Shown piece by piece: positions 51,296 to 64,000 of a stretch of 64,000 nt of DNA. The DNA lies in NCBI RefSeq assembly GCF_964355755.1, contig NC_092672.1, forward strand, positions 27,658,437-27,722,436. Direction: 5' to 3'. The translations under genes were made by a program, and so were the position numbers. The DNA is from Antedon mediterranea. Lineage: Eukaryota > Animalia > Echinodermata. The first letter of the stretch is position 1. Each line of letters begins with the position of its first letter. The notes below the pieces were generated by a model. The model saw only the letters and a list, made by a program, of their open reading frames with translations. It did no database searches and had not been told where the DNA came from.

Positions 51296-51553
51296 ATGCT
51301 GGTGATCCCTAACTACCCAAATTGTCCAGCTGGACCTTTAGTGTTAATACAAGTGACTCTAATATGACTGAGGCAACGTGGAATGCACCCATGCCAACTG
51401 ATGCATCTTCTGTCACTATATCGGAGGCCAGACAGACTGAACCAGCTGAGACATCACCGGCTAACTTTCCAATAGGAGAGACTAATCTCACATATACAGC
51501 TACTGATGGAAGTGGTAACACCGGATTTTGCATTATAACAATTCAATTAATTG
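51296..51553 (+). pseudogene. HYR-domain exon with in-frame stop and compensating frameshifts; more decayed HYR-like exon at about 51018-51166
   Basis: ATWNAPMPTD..FPIGETNLTYTATDGSGNTGFCIITI; TAA at 51310; NCP motif in a shifted frame; phase 1-1 splice sites. Confidence 0.7.
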
Positions 51554-52420
51554 GTAGGTAAAATTGATATTTTGAGGTAGCTAACTACCTATCTCAGACG
51601 TACTGCGAAGCGTAGATTTGATAAAATTAGTTCTCACTATTACGATATTGTTCCATATTTCTCTCTTAGGAAAATAAAACGAAATGATGGGTTTCATCGG
51701 CGTCGGCGGTAAAGTTATTTCCGGACGCATTATTTATTCCTCGATTTCAAACAAAAGGTCATAAACTTGCTTACCAAACTTTTGATCAGAAATGAAAGAA
51801 AGATTACTGTCAGCACTTACAATGTACTTGAACAATGTATTCTCGTGTTAATTTCTCTGTATTCTTTAGCTAAGGTGGTATATGTATATACAAATTAATC
51901 ATGCTTGATTTAGTTTGCTTTTTGTGTAAGAAAAGAAAACAAGAACGAAGAGATATATTTAGAAGCCTGAAGGTGAGCTGAGTCTGAGCTTAGAAGCTTA
52001 CGTTGAACCTTAAAGCTAGCTGATGCCTAGAGTTTAGAGGCTTAACTAGAGAGCTATAATGTAGCTTACTCTAGTAGAATTCACAGGCATGTTGATAAGC
52101 ACTGTATTTATAATATTCTTTTACTTTATATAGTATTAATGGTCTCAATCAATTGAGCTATTCCACTATCCTTACGAACATTTCTTATAAATGTAGGCCT
52201 ATATTAAATCTTATTACATGTCAATTTGATACATTCCATTGTATGATAGAGAGGACTGGTATTACTGTGATTTCACTACATTTACGTTGTGTTACTTTAG
52301 TAAATCGGACAAAAGGATCAGACATTGGGATTCCTAATAAATCAGTTTGAACCAGATAAAGTTGATTAACTAGAAAAAACTAAAATTGAGATGCCATTTG
52401 GAAGTAGTTCAAATGGTTGA

Positions 52421-52775
52421 ACATATTGTTCGTATTGAATTGCGTGACTTCTATTGTACGAATATTTCTATAACTTTATCGTCTTTATTTACAGTATATT
52501 ATGGTAAAAGCCCATTAGGCAAATTCCTGTCAACTGTTTGTAATCAATAGAAACAAATTATTGTAACAGTTCGTTGAACTTTACATATTCATATATATGT
52601 ACATATTGTTCGTATTGAATTGCGTGACTTCTTTGTACGAATATCTCTATAAGTTTATCGTCTTTATTTACAGTATATTATGGTAAAAGCCCATTAGGCA
52701 CATTCATGTCAACTGTTTGTAATCAATAGAAACAAATTATTGTAATAGTTAGTGGAACTTTACATATTCATACAT
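52421..52775. repeat. 180-bp direct tandem duplication
   Basis: acatattgttcgtattgaattgcgtgac at 52421 and 52601. Confidence 0.85.
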
Positions 52776-53025
52776 GTATATGTACTTTTTGTACGTTACA
52801 CGTTTTGTACTTTGTGTACGTTGCACGTTTTATTCTCGGTGTTGGCTCTCCACATACGACCATTTGCTCGGTGTCATAGGAATGTTTGGTAATACTAACA
52901 TTTCCTTCTATCATGTAGGTAGGTAATGGGTTAGGTTATGGTATAACATATCTTCCTATGATACCGGAGCAATATAGCTACAGAACCAACTATCCGACGA
53001 TGATTAACGTGTAAGCTACACCTAA

Positions 53026-53821
53026 CTTTTTAGTCGCGTGGAAGCGACTCTATAGTTCACTATGTCGGTCGGTCGGTCTGTCTGTCTGTCTGTCGGTCTG
53101 TCTGTCTGTCTGTCGGTCCGGTATCACTATGCGTTTTATCGCTTTATGACCTTATCTTGATATCAGTTTACTCTAGCTAAGTCAATTTTTCACAGAATAT
53201 TCCTTATGGCCAGGAATCGATGTGGTTATGTTTTCACGGTGCGCAATAAAAAATTACGCGGTCTACGCACGATTTAACGAAATCACGTTTGTAATTATTA
53301 TCTTAACAACCATGAATCACAATTAAATAAAATTTGGTACTCATAAATTTCAGGGCATAAATCATCATATGGCAATACAATTACGTGCGTAGCGCATGTA
53401 ACGCATGCGTACGCGCGCTTAAAATTTTAAAAATTTATTTTCGATGAAATAAGAGTACGTTTCAGGCAATTTTAAGCGTTTACAAAATTGCCATGAGTGC
53501 GCAGATTTTTGCGCGCGCACTGCGCGTTAAATGTTATTGCGCACTCTTTTTGCCCGATTTCTGTTTTCTTGACTTACTTTTCAACTCGAAATTACGTTAT
53601 ACGAGCACGTCAAAAGTGACAGGCTACGCACGTGTAAATTAAAAAAATATAAATGTTTTTAAACATTTCAACATTTTTAAACATGTTCAGTAATTTCGGT
53701 CAGTATAGTTCACTATGTCGGTCGGTCCGTCTGTCTGTCGGTCTGTCTGTCGGTCTGTTTGTCTGTCGGTCCGGTATCACTATGCATTGTAGCACGCGAC
53801 TTAATGGCTGTTGGCCTTGTT
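53026..53821 (+). mobile_element. Complete DINE-1/HINE-like (Helentron) element, AGTCGCGTG family
   Basis: T-run, subTIR agtcgcgtg, (gtcY)n microsatellites, 3' cacgcgact plus short hairpin ggctgttggcc and ttgtt; no TSD. Confidence 0.75.
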
Positions 53822-55585
53822 CTGGAATCAGTTGCAGGAATAATTTAAAGATTTTTATTTGTGCTATTCAGATTTTACTGCAGAAAATCCACAATGTTAG
53901 CTTTAGTTAATTAATCCATATTGCTTCTTGTTTAACTAGTAGTCCCAGTACCTTTGATTTAATTTCATTATTGGAAATCACACCCAAATTAAAAGTAACA
54001 TAATTCAATGCACTCTCGATGGGTTTTAAAGGTAAGCATATTGCACATTATCTGGATTTCTTTTTTGATTTGATATAAAATAATTGTATATGCCTATATT
54101 TCATTAATATTGGTATTATTACGTATCATTTTTATATCGACCTTCCTTAACTTGCGAAATTGCGTAGTGTCAGACATTCCTTATTGAAAGTGGGCGAGGC
54201 GAACAATGAACCGTGCTATTTGAAGAAGTGGTTTCGTAGAAGTTCTTTTCAAAGTCAAAAGGTGTAAAATTTTAAGCTTTATGTATTGTTGTACATGAAT
54301 GATAGAAGATACAAATTAGGTTATTTTAAAAGTACATGCCAGACAAAATGATTTCAAACAACAAAGTTCATAACCTTGTTATTTCCTGTTCAAACAGATA
54401 TTACAGATTACCGTCGATATCTGGTATCGTACAAATATAGAACACATCTTAATTCGGGTTTGCTTATGATCAATGCTGCGTAAGCGCTATAATGTCATTA
54501 ATAATTTTTATTGTGATATTTGGACTTCTGAATAATCTTGTCAATTCACAAAGTGAGTATGTTATCTATTTAGACTCGTATCTTAATTAATCTTCATTGT
54601 TTTCTAAGAAATCTCAAAAGTATGAGACCCGTATTTTTGTTTTAATTGGGTCAGTAAAGTTTAGATTTGAGGGATCGTTAGTATTATTTATGTTTAGAAA
54701 GCTGCTGGTACATTGCCCCTCTACCTATATCCTATTTTATCCTCAAAAATTAAAAAAATACTGTATATTGTTACGGACGGGAAATATCATTTAAATCCTA
54801 ATTATTTCACAAACCATGAATATTTTAAAAAAATATTTGCCAGATATAGTTACTCTATGTCCCTATTGTACATAGTCAAGCATTTTATAACACATATTTT
54901 GCTATTAAATTTCATATATACATTTCAAAATTCATAATTGTCCCATCCGCAACATTTTAATAATAGCTTTATGTGTTTTTTACATTTTAGTTAAAAGTAT
55001 TGATACCACAATTTAATATTTTGTTTTCTCCTTTTAAAAACTATATGCAATACATTATAAACAAATATTTTGAAACTTTTGGTAAAAATATCATATTCAA
55101 AAATATATTGATGACATTTTTCGTAGGAACGGGACTGACACGATGTTTTGTTAAGGACGGGACATATCATTTAAATCCTTTTCATTTCATAAAACCATGC
55201 ATCTTGTTAACAGTTTCCCCCATAAATATACTGTAGTTAACTTTTTATTTCACAATAAGCTTCAATTGTTCATAATTAAGTATTTAAAAAAAATTATTAT
55301 TTATTAATTTCATATTTGCATTTCAAAATTGTTACTTTCTTAGACATTTCGATTGGGGGTTTTTCCTTACTTGTGTTTATTGAAGTAATGGCTCCAAAAT
55401 TGTTATTTAATTCTTAATTTTAAATCTTAATTTTCAACTCCTAAGGATATTAAATTGCAATAGATTTTGTGTACTGTAGGCTGGCAAGTACTGTACAAAT
55501 GTGTTAACTGTTGTTTAGTAATCTGGTCTGTATTTAAAATAACAATCCACAAAAGAACAATACCTACATCCAAAACACATTGAGT

Positions 55586-55851
55586 GGAGCTGTGGCTTGG
55601 TGGCTATGATGCTTGGCTACCAATCTAAGGGTCCTGGGTTCAAGTCCTGTCATATGTCAGGGTTTTTTCTCATGACAATTTACAACTCCACTCCCAAAGA
55701 CTTAATAATAAGTCTTTGTTTATGTAGAGCATCTTGTGTATATGTTTGTCTTGTGAAATTATTAAATAGTTTATCCATCCTTTAATTGGCGGGTTACTCG
55801 CTGTTGGATGAGAATAAAATAAAATAAAAATAAAATAAAATAAAATAAAAC
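55586..55851 (+). mobile_element. tRNA-derived SINE
   Basis: A box TGGCTTGGTGG, B box GGTTCAAGTCC, (AAAAT)n tail. Confidence 0.7.
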
Positions 55852-58056
55852 AACATTCATGACCAGTATGAATGGGAGTATTGGGTGCGGTCATCACTTT
55901 GTAGATTTCATTCTTTGTGAATTTGCAACCAAGAACCTTTTATAAATCAGATAATAAATAATTAAGATTGAATTTTAATAGAAGTAGGCCTACAGTAATA
56001 TTAAATCCAAGCAAGGATAGAAGAACATTTCAGATGCAACTTGGATCCACTAACAAATTCAATTTATTAATAAATTTGCAGTTACATTTTTATAATTAAC
56101 ATTCAGTTATCTAAAACAACTATCTGCCAACATAATAATACAAAACAAATTTTAAAATCTCTTTTAAATGAGGAGAAATATTACAATACGTAAACCTTCA
56201 TAATTAACATTGGCCATATATGTATACATTTATTCTACTTTGAATCTGGTATTCTTTTTTATTTCTAAGATATGTCTAGTTATATTCTCAAAAATGTCCC
56301 ATCCGTAACAAACAAATACTGTGAAATGCCCCGAAGATGAAACATTAGCCGCCCCAACGTCAATATAATTATTTTTAAACATTGTTAGCAACATTATTAC
56401 ATTTACTATAGTTCACTTTTAAATAAATTATTTAGGTGCATGATATGATTTCATAATGCATCAAAATCACACCAGGCAACCACTGTTCTAAAATGTTACT
56501 TGGATAATTTATTAACAGTATTTTAAGACATTCATATCTGGACATATGAGTGTTCCTTATAAAAAGATTCGTTGCACTTCATAATTATTTTAATTAACAG
56601 CCTCTATATACTTGAGTTAAATTAGTTACCCTTGTTTGCTACAAAAATTCCATATCTTCATTGTATGCATTTCTATTTTTGTTATATTAGCATTTCATCA
56701 ATTAAGAAATTCTGCAAACATATGACTACCTATCAAGTGTACATTGAGTACTATTATATTATATATAGCTTGATTTACTATTACTAAAGTTTGTGTTAAA
56801 TAAAATGTCAACGTTATAATCAAATAAAAAAACTGAAAAGCCATGTAACGTTTCTTAGTACTGTAACTATACAGTATGTACGTTATCGTCAATATTTATA
56901 TATTGTTCATTCCGAAGGCATTGTGTTTAAAGAAAGCTCCTTTACAATGATTTCAAGGAAAGCAATCAGGTGAATTTTAATCTGTCACCTGCCACTGGGA
57001 TTAAGGGTTCACGAAAGATTGAACGATATGGGACATTTAAATGTCTATAAATGAATGTACTACGTGCAGGGGCGGACACAGGGAGGTTGCCCCAATTGCC
57101 CGGGTAACACAATTAATTCCATGCTAAATGTTTTTTTTCTGTCACTAAATTAAAATTTAGATCCCATTTTATCATATGTAATAACCATTAATGTTATAGA
57201 AGTCCTGTTTTGGAAGAGCCTATGTAAATTGACAGACTGCAGCGTAAAATTAACCAGCATTACAATACCGCACACAACCGCCGGCTGTCAGCGTATTTAT
57301 GTGTATGGATATATCATCTGAACATGTTGAGAATGAATTGCTTGTGTGCTTCATGAGAAGGTACGAAAGGCCACACAACACACACTGTGTTCGTGGAAAA
57401 CCCCGTCACATGGGTCGTAGATTTGTCCATAATTATTGCATTTTTGCCGGAGATTCCCCATCATTTCCGTAGTACCCTATTTATCTTCATTTTATGTCCG
57501 TAATATTGGGCCAAATTTCCGTAGTAATTACGGAAGTCTCAAACTTTGAAATAACAATGTTTAATTGCTTCTTTTTGTTCATTTCGATCATATTTTCTTT
57601 TCTGAAGTGTACGGTAGTTTAATTTACGCAACACTGTTTGTACAGTTTATAGTGGATAAAATGAAAATGAATTTAGGATTTTTTATTTATTGATTATAAT
57701 TGCCAGAATTTATGAGCTTACCGGATGTACATTCGTCGGAGACTTCCTCTGACGTTAAAAGGCTGGATACGATGGTATTGCTGTTTGGTAGCCCGATATA
57801 GAGTGCCATTTTCGGCAAACTATGGGTGCCATTTATCGTGAATTGTACGTGCGAGAGTACCATTTCTGGCCATCTAGGGGTGTCATTTAACAAAATTCGC
57901 TTCGCCAAAGGCCCTACCATGGGAGGCCTGTGGTAAAAAAATCTTGTTGTCAACGGTCCTGGACTCGTGGGCAACCCCCTTAAAATAGTTCTGCGATCGT
58001 CCCTGACGTGTACCTATGTGAAACTTCAAAATAATCGAAATCAAATTGCAATAACA

Positions 58057-58695
58057 AACTAGAAAGCCACTCCGAGAGTGCATACCTCCGCCTACTGTAA
58101 AATTCTCCTATATAAGATTTCTCTGGGAAAAATATATATATATTTATGTGTGTCTTAATGCTGTGTGTGATTTAGGTTAATTTCACTACAAGCATGTGTA
58201 TGCGAATTTGGTGTAACAACGTTGGTTCAAGTACAATAGTTTCAGTTGACAATAGAACAGCAATGCCAAAAACAAACGGGTGAATTTGAAAAGGAATAGG
58301 TTTTTTAAAACTACACTCGTATAAAAAAGCCTGTCCATTAAATTTAAAAGAAAAAATTACAAATTAAAACTCTTTCCTCTTGTACAAAAATGAAGTTTTT
58401 GGACAATTAGTTCTCGAGAAAATGCAATTTCAGTTTACTTGTTACTTTAAGACTGCCTCAACGGCTTTTGAAAATTCGGTCCTATCTATTAACACTAGCA
58501 GGTCTGAAAACTATACTAAAAAGTGGTCCAGAATTGGGACCGTGGTCCGGATTGCCTCCAAAATTGAATGGAGTGGTCCTTCACCACATATCTATCAGTA
58601 TTTCATTTTGGTAAAGATCTTGTAATTACTTTGAGTAATCCTGCTAACAAACAAACACGATCGATTACATATACCTCCTTGGTGGAAGTAAATAA
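58057..58695 (-). mobile_element. Helentron/HINE-like element (ACCTCCGCC family)
   Basis: Minus strand: head tacttccaccaaggaggta, (gttt)n, tail ggcggaggtatgcactctcggagtggctttctag. Confidence 0.65.
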
Positions 58696-59636
58696 ATGTG
58701 TAAAAACTGTTTAAAAAAATACATATACACTGTCATGTGATCTCCCCCTCCCCTCCCCCCACCCTCTCTCTCTCTTCCAGCACGCCCTCTCTCTTTCTCT
58801 CTCGCCACTGATAGGGCTTGATTATATTAAAATTACATACATGTAATGATCAATCATAACTGTTCAATATCTATAAACCTTTTTAAAAAATAACAAGAGC
58901 ATTCACATTAAATACAACGAATTCATTCCTCTTTAACTACAAACATTAATTTTTTATGTGAAATTTTACATTTTCAGAACGTTTATTCACAAAAATTCTA
59001 AGAAGTTTAGCATCTATGAATATTCATCTATAATACGTAAAGGCAATATTGATGCCTAAGTATGTCTAAGTAAAAAAAAGAGTACTACTATTTAAATAAT
59101 GAATATTATGCCTACTAATATGCCTACTAACAAATATGTCTGTATTTCTAAAATTTATAAAAAGTTACAATTGTATTACCATATAAAGATCAAACCTTGT
59201 TTTAAACAAGGTCAACAGCCATAAGTCGTGTGCTAAAACGCATAGACCGACAGACCGACAGACAGATAGACCGACCGACCGACATAGTGAACTATAGAGT
59301 CGCGTCACAGCTGTTTCAACTAGTGTTAAGATATCAGAAAAAGTCAAGCGCCCTCAGTGTTAGCAGACGAGGCTCTCCCGAGTCGCGCGGACATATAATT
59401 TTTGTTTACAAACCATTATTTCGCGAACGCCAAATTAAATTTCGCTATCGTGAGTTTTTATGTAGTAAAACATTTTATACAAAACTAAATGATTAAAAAA
59501 AGTGTATGTTCAATTAAAAAATAAATATTTTATTGTTTCTTTACTATAAATTAATAAATAAACGACGATATTGTCCATTTTACTGAAATAATCTCCAGCA
59601 CATAAACCAGGAAGTCAAGATAAACTGTGTAAAGAA

Positions 59637-61384
59637 ATGGTAAACAATCGTAAGTAGAAAATATCATTGTATTCTTTACTTTTTTTGTGGATATAATTAA
59701 TTTTTTTAGAAAAAGAACGAACTAGAATATAGTCCATCATTATTATATAAACAAAATAATACTAGTTTTGTTAATATAGCCTGGTTCAGTTTTTAGTAAA
59801 ACTCGCATATTTTGCAACCCCTTTATACATTGTTATTGTTGTCGGCGAGAAAACGGTTTGGCGATAGGCTTAGAAAGTGCGTTGACGCCCGCGATGACCG
59901 TGACGGTAATGTGGGCCTAGAATAAAGCTAGGCCGAAACATAGAAAATTCGTAATAATTAAACCTTTAATTACCCTAATCCTAAATTTAATCATTATAAC
60001 TGTTACCAAATAATTAATGGCATGTGTTTATAATAATAATTATTGCTTTCCTGGTGCATTTTTAGGCTAGCTGGTGTGACTGAGTGACAGTCACAGCCTA
60101 GGCTAGGCCTTAATAGTAATACATTTGTATAATAATGTTTTAATATTTTGACTATTAGCTCTCTTGTTTGGATTTGTTTGGACACAAAACTGAAGTACTG
60201 TAGATTAAAAAATTGATTTATTTTTAAAGGAAAGTACAGTTGCATCTATTGTTTTTGTAATCAAGATGACATCAGAACCAACAATGTTCCTCAAGCCTGT
60301 AGACATCTCAAGGCCTACAATCATGACTACAAGTTTTTTGTAGACCATGGCAGTGAAAAAAAAAGAAGCAAAATAATATCGCACAGTGTTGTTAGGCCAT
60401 ACCTGGTAGACATTGAATTAAACAGGGTAGGTAAATAATCATAACCACCTCTTTAGAAAGTTTAATACACACTCCAAACAATGAAATGTGTGTTTGTACT
60501 TCATATTAAAGAACAATGTTAGTATAAAATAACTGTCGAAACAAACAATTGTTACAGTAATTTATAAATATACCTCTTTTCTTTATTAAATATTTCCTCA
60601 ATCAACTATTTTTCCAGGTGTCAATATGTTATAATATTCAACATGCGACAGGATGCTGACATCTTGACTGGTAAATTCAAATGTTGTTTCAACTTTACAT
60701 TGACATTACATAATAACTCAATTGGTCAAGTTGCTCTTTAAATATACATTGTCCATTTGAGCATAGAATTTCAAAATTGTTTATCCTATTTTTATGCATA
60801 ATAAAGCAAACCTTTGGCTGGAACTTATTTTCCTATGAATTATCCATATATTATCATTATCTGCTACAAGAAATAGTTGTTAACATTTTGAAAATATAAT
60901 AATGTTGATGCTCATTTTTTATGCAGATTGACATTTATTTGGTTGACCAATATTGTTTAATCTCAGGTGATCATCTAGGAGAAAGAGAAAATCAGAAGCT
61001 GCAGTACATCGACATGCTACAAAGTACAATGATTAAAATCCAGTCTTTAGAAGAGAATCTTGAGCATTTAAGAAATGAACTCTCAGTGTCACTTGTGACA
61101 AAACAGCATAGTAAGATTGCAGAGACTGGCCACATAATAAATCTAAAAGAACAAGAGGTCAAAGACTTGGTCAGTCCTACATTATATACCTTTAAAATTA
61201 TGTCTAAAACATGCAATACTATAAAAATGAATGCCATATTTCTTTTATATATTTTATATAGCGAACTACTATGAACCAGAGAGATTTGAAACTGGAACTC
61301 TATGTACAAAAATGGTCGAGGTATTTAGAAAAAATAAATTCCTCGACAGCAGTACCATGGAAAGAGTTTTGTGGGAAATCATGA
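59637..61384 (+). CDS. Putative spliced coiled-coil protein gene carried by the CAC element
   Basis: Exons 59637-49, 60266-430, 60967-61169, 61262-384 join in frame (optional 60618-70 exon does not); ...IQSLEENLEHLRNEL...LKEQEVKDL|RTTMNQRDLKLEL. Confidence 0.45.
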
Positions 61385-61621
61385 AGTCACATCTGACGTT
61401 TATTTCACCTGAGATCCAGCATGAAGTAACTAGGCCGGTAACTAAGTGCAGAAAAGTTGAGGAATAGTTTGCTATTTCTCAGTTAATTGTTATAGTATTG
61501 CATATTATATGTACAGTATACCATATGAATGGTAGTATTTTTTTGTGTTATTGCTAGAACAATGATTTTGTAAATATTTAACAAATGGTATATGAATTGT
61601 AATTTAATTTAATTTTTTGGA

Positions 61622-62539
61622 AGTTATTTTATTTTAATTTGGTTTATATATATTATTGATTGATAACGGAAATTGATGTTATTTACTGATTTAGATTGTG
61701 ATTGCATATACAATACAAATATGAAAGAAATATGCATTTATAATTAAATATCTAATGTCACAGTACTCTATAGCTTCTTTCTATTAATATATTACAGATC
61801 TTTGACTAAGACATGCTAGGTAGGCTGCTAGCCTTTAACCTGCTGATGATGTAGCCTAGCCTATATATAGTATAGGCCTAGCTAGGCATGTAACCTGGCC
61901 TACTCTGTACTCCTCTCTCCCAATATGAATGATTATTAAAAAAGCTTAGGCCTAGGCTAGGCCTAATTTTTAATTAGGACCAGGAACAAGTAATTAATCA
62001 GCTTTATAACAGGTCAACTGTCATTTAGGCCCCCCGAATAGACATGTTTACATGTTAAAAATAAACAGTTATTTTATTTTAATTTGGTTTATATATTAAT
62101 AATTATTTATTGATAACGAAAATTTATGTTATTTACTGATTTAGATTGTGATTCATTGCATATCAAAATAATAAATATACAATACAAATATGAAAGAAAT
62201 ATGCATTTATGATTAAATATCTAATGTCACAGTACTATATAGCTTCTTTCTATTTAATATATTACAGATCTTTGACTAAGACATGCTAGGTAGGCTGCTA
62301 GCCTTTAACCTGCTGATGAGGTAGCCTAGCCTATATATAATATAGGCCTAGCTAGGCCTGTAGCCTGGCCTACTCTGTACTCCTCTCTCCCAATATGAAT
62401 GATTATTAAAAAAGCTTTAGGCCTAGGCTAGGCCTAATTTTTAATTAGGACCAGGAACAAGTAATTAATCAGCTTTATAACAGGTCAACTGTCACTGAGG
62501 CCCCCCGAATATACATGTTTACGTGTTAAAAATAAACAG
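61622..62539. repeat. About 450-470-bp direct tandem duplication inside the CAC element
   Basis: 61622-62069 repeated at 62068-62539. Confidence 0.88.
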
Positions 62540-63173
62540 CCATTAGTCTTACACAGCTGGTTTTAACCACGCAATGGGGCCTGGGCATAGCCTATTATAA
62601 GCTAGCGTAGGAAAAAATCCAGCCAGGCAATATGAATACGATCCTTGTTAAAACAGTCAAGGATAACTAAAAAATAAAGTATCCAACTAAATCAAAGAAT
62701 TCAACAGAAAAAATTATTTTTAAACTGATATGGAAAACAACATTTATACCTACTTTTTAAATGTATCACTTGAGAAAAAAACTGGCGTTGGGTGTACAAT
62801 TTTCAATTACATTACCTCTTAAAATCCACGTGATAAAACAACGACAACATGTTTTTCACCTTCATCCAGGGTTGTTCTAATGAATATTCATTATTTTTCT
62901 GACTTTCGCGGTCTTTATTTGTTTTTATTGGCTATTAAAAAACAGTCGTTTTATGCTTGATTGCTTCCGGGTTCCTCATGTGGTTTGTATACAATATGTT
63001 TTCGGAATCGCTACTCCATAAAACGCTATGAAACGTTGGGGGCACTGCACTTAATTCATATTTCTGGAACAGCTGTGGCGTCCACGCGACTAAAAATGTT
63101 TGTATATGTTACATATACTATTCAATGTTTTAATTTAGACACACCAATATGTTTTATTGCATTTCATTAATAG

Positions 63174-63452
63174 ATAACAACAGTTCAATGATTGAATGCC
63201 CAACAAATACAACTTCAAACAATTATTTTGGAGAAGGAAATGGACTAATAGGTATCAGCACAGATGAAGGAAGTCCAAATGCCACAGTCACCTGGGATCA
63301 TCCTGTGACAAGTGGCAATGGAACAGTGACTGTGGTGTCATCACCATATGAGTCAGGTGACATGATACCAATCGGTACTCACACAATCACCTTTACAGCA
63401 ACTGATTCTTCTGGTAACATTGACATATGTGACTTTGGTCTTCAGGTTGTAG
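63174..63452 (+). CDS. HYR-domain exon (hyalin-like protein)
   Basis: CP..STDEGSPNATVTWDHP..SGDMIPIGTHTITFTATDSSGNIDICDFGLQV; tag|...|gtaaaa. Confidence 0.88.
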
Positions 63453-63651
63453 GTAAAATATTATCTGTTTTCATAAAATAGTATTGTTAAAAGTACGGTA
63501 ATTGATTTAGCTAGTAATTGTAATATATAAAATAGTACTTTTTTCCCCTTGTTAATTTACAACATAATTTACTAATCGGAAATTCTGCTGACTGGGTTCA
63601 TGATCTATTGAACAAGTGTCTATAGTTGATTTTTTTTAATTTTTATTTTAG

Positions 63652-63897
63652 ATAACGAAGATCCAATTATCAAAAATTGTCCAAACGATACAACAGTAAA
63701 CACTACTAATGGACTACCAACTGCTACTGTGTCTTGGATAGAACCCACAGCAACTGACAATTCTGGCTCAACATTTGTTATAAATACCATTAAAACAAGA
63801 AGTATGTTCCCAATAGGCAATAGCCTGGTAACATACACAGCATATGACTTTCCACAATTTAACACTGCTATCTGTTCCTTTATTGTTACAGTTAAAG
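63652..63897 (+). CDS. HYR-domain exon (gene continues beyond window)
   Basis: DNEDPIIKNCPND..ATVSWIEPTATDNSG..FPIGNSLVTYTAYD..NTAICSFIVTVK; tag|...|gtatgt. Confidence 0.9.
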
Positions 63898-64000
63898 GTA
63901 TGTGTGTTTCATGAAATAAATAACTATTGTTGATCCACTTGATTTGTTTATTATGAATTCGCCTTTCTTTATTATATACCGTATGGTAAATTAACACACA

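Larger units (their letters stand above)
59306..63077. mobile_element. 3.77-kb CAC-ended TIR element with 4-bp TSD (Chapaev/CMC-like), no transposase
   Basis: TIR CACAGCTGTT...AACAGCTGTG; TSD GCGT (59302-05, 63078-81); empty site reconstructs the host repeat. Confidence 0.75.
59204..63096 (-). mobile_element. Mini DINE-like element (AGTCGCGTG family) split by the CAC-ended insertion
   Basis: 59204-59305 and 63082-63096 rejoin as ...ctatagagtcgcgtccacgcgactaaaaa, matching the reverse complement of the 53026 head. Confidence 0.65.

Noticed and set aside
55586-55660. Functional tRNA gene
   Set aside because: Acceptor stem does not pair well and it continues into a SINE-like body and A-rich tail.
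54700-56320. TIR element defined by repeated gttacggacggga / tcccatccgtaac motifs
   Set aside because: The motif recurs in both orientations but I could not fix termini or a TSD.
59306-63077. ProtoRAG/Transib transposon
   Set aside because: TSD is 4 bp, not 5; no RAG1- or RAG2-like coding sequence seen.

Overview
AT-rich, intron-rich animal genomic DNA. The domain content (Tie-like Ig/EGF/FN3, HYR, TLR) suggests an invertebrate deuterostome such as an echinoderm; this is inference. Host genes: (1) the 3' part of a + strand gene built from a tandemly duplicated Tie-receptor ectodomain module (EGFx4-FN3-Ig-Ig-EGFx4-FN3), which appears to stop at 10358 without a TM or kinase domain; (2) a - strand TLR pseudogene (LRR-LRRCT-TM, intron, partial TIR; about 49.3-50.8 kb); (3) HYR-domain exons on + (51.3 kb damaged, 63.2-63.9 kb intact). 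Most of the rest is transposon-derived. It includes an apparently intact PIF/Harbinger (transposase plus Myb/SANT gene) with a non-autonomous partner, and Helentron/DINE-like elements nested into each other at a fixed site. A 20-kb three-level nest runs 5-bp-TSD CAGGGG element > 7-bp-TSD P-like element > 17-kb CCCAGC EnSpm/CMC element with satellites and a decayed spliced gene. Also present are a MULE foldback, probable P-element excision footprints, an inverted triplication, a CAC-ended 4-bp-TSD element with asymmetric ends and a spliced coiled-coil gene, and LINE/SINE remnants. All calls were read by eye; no database search was run.
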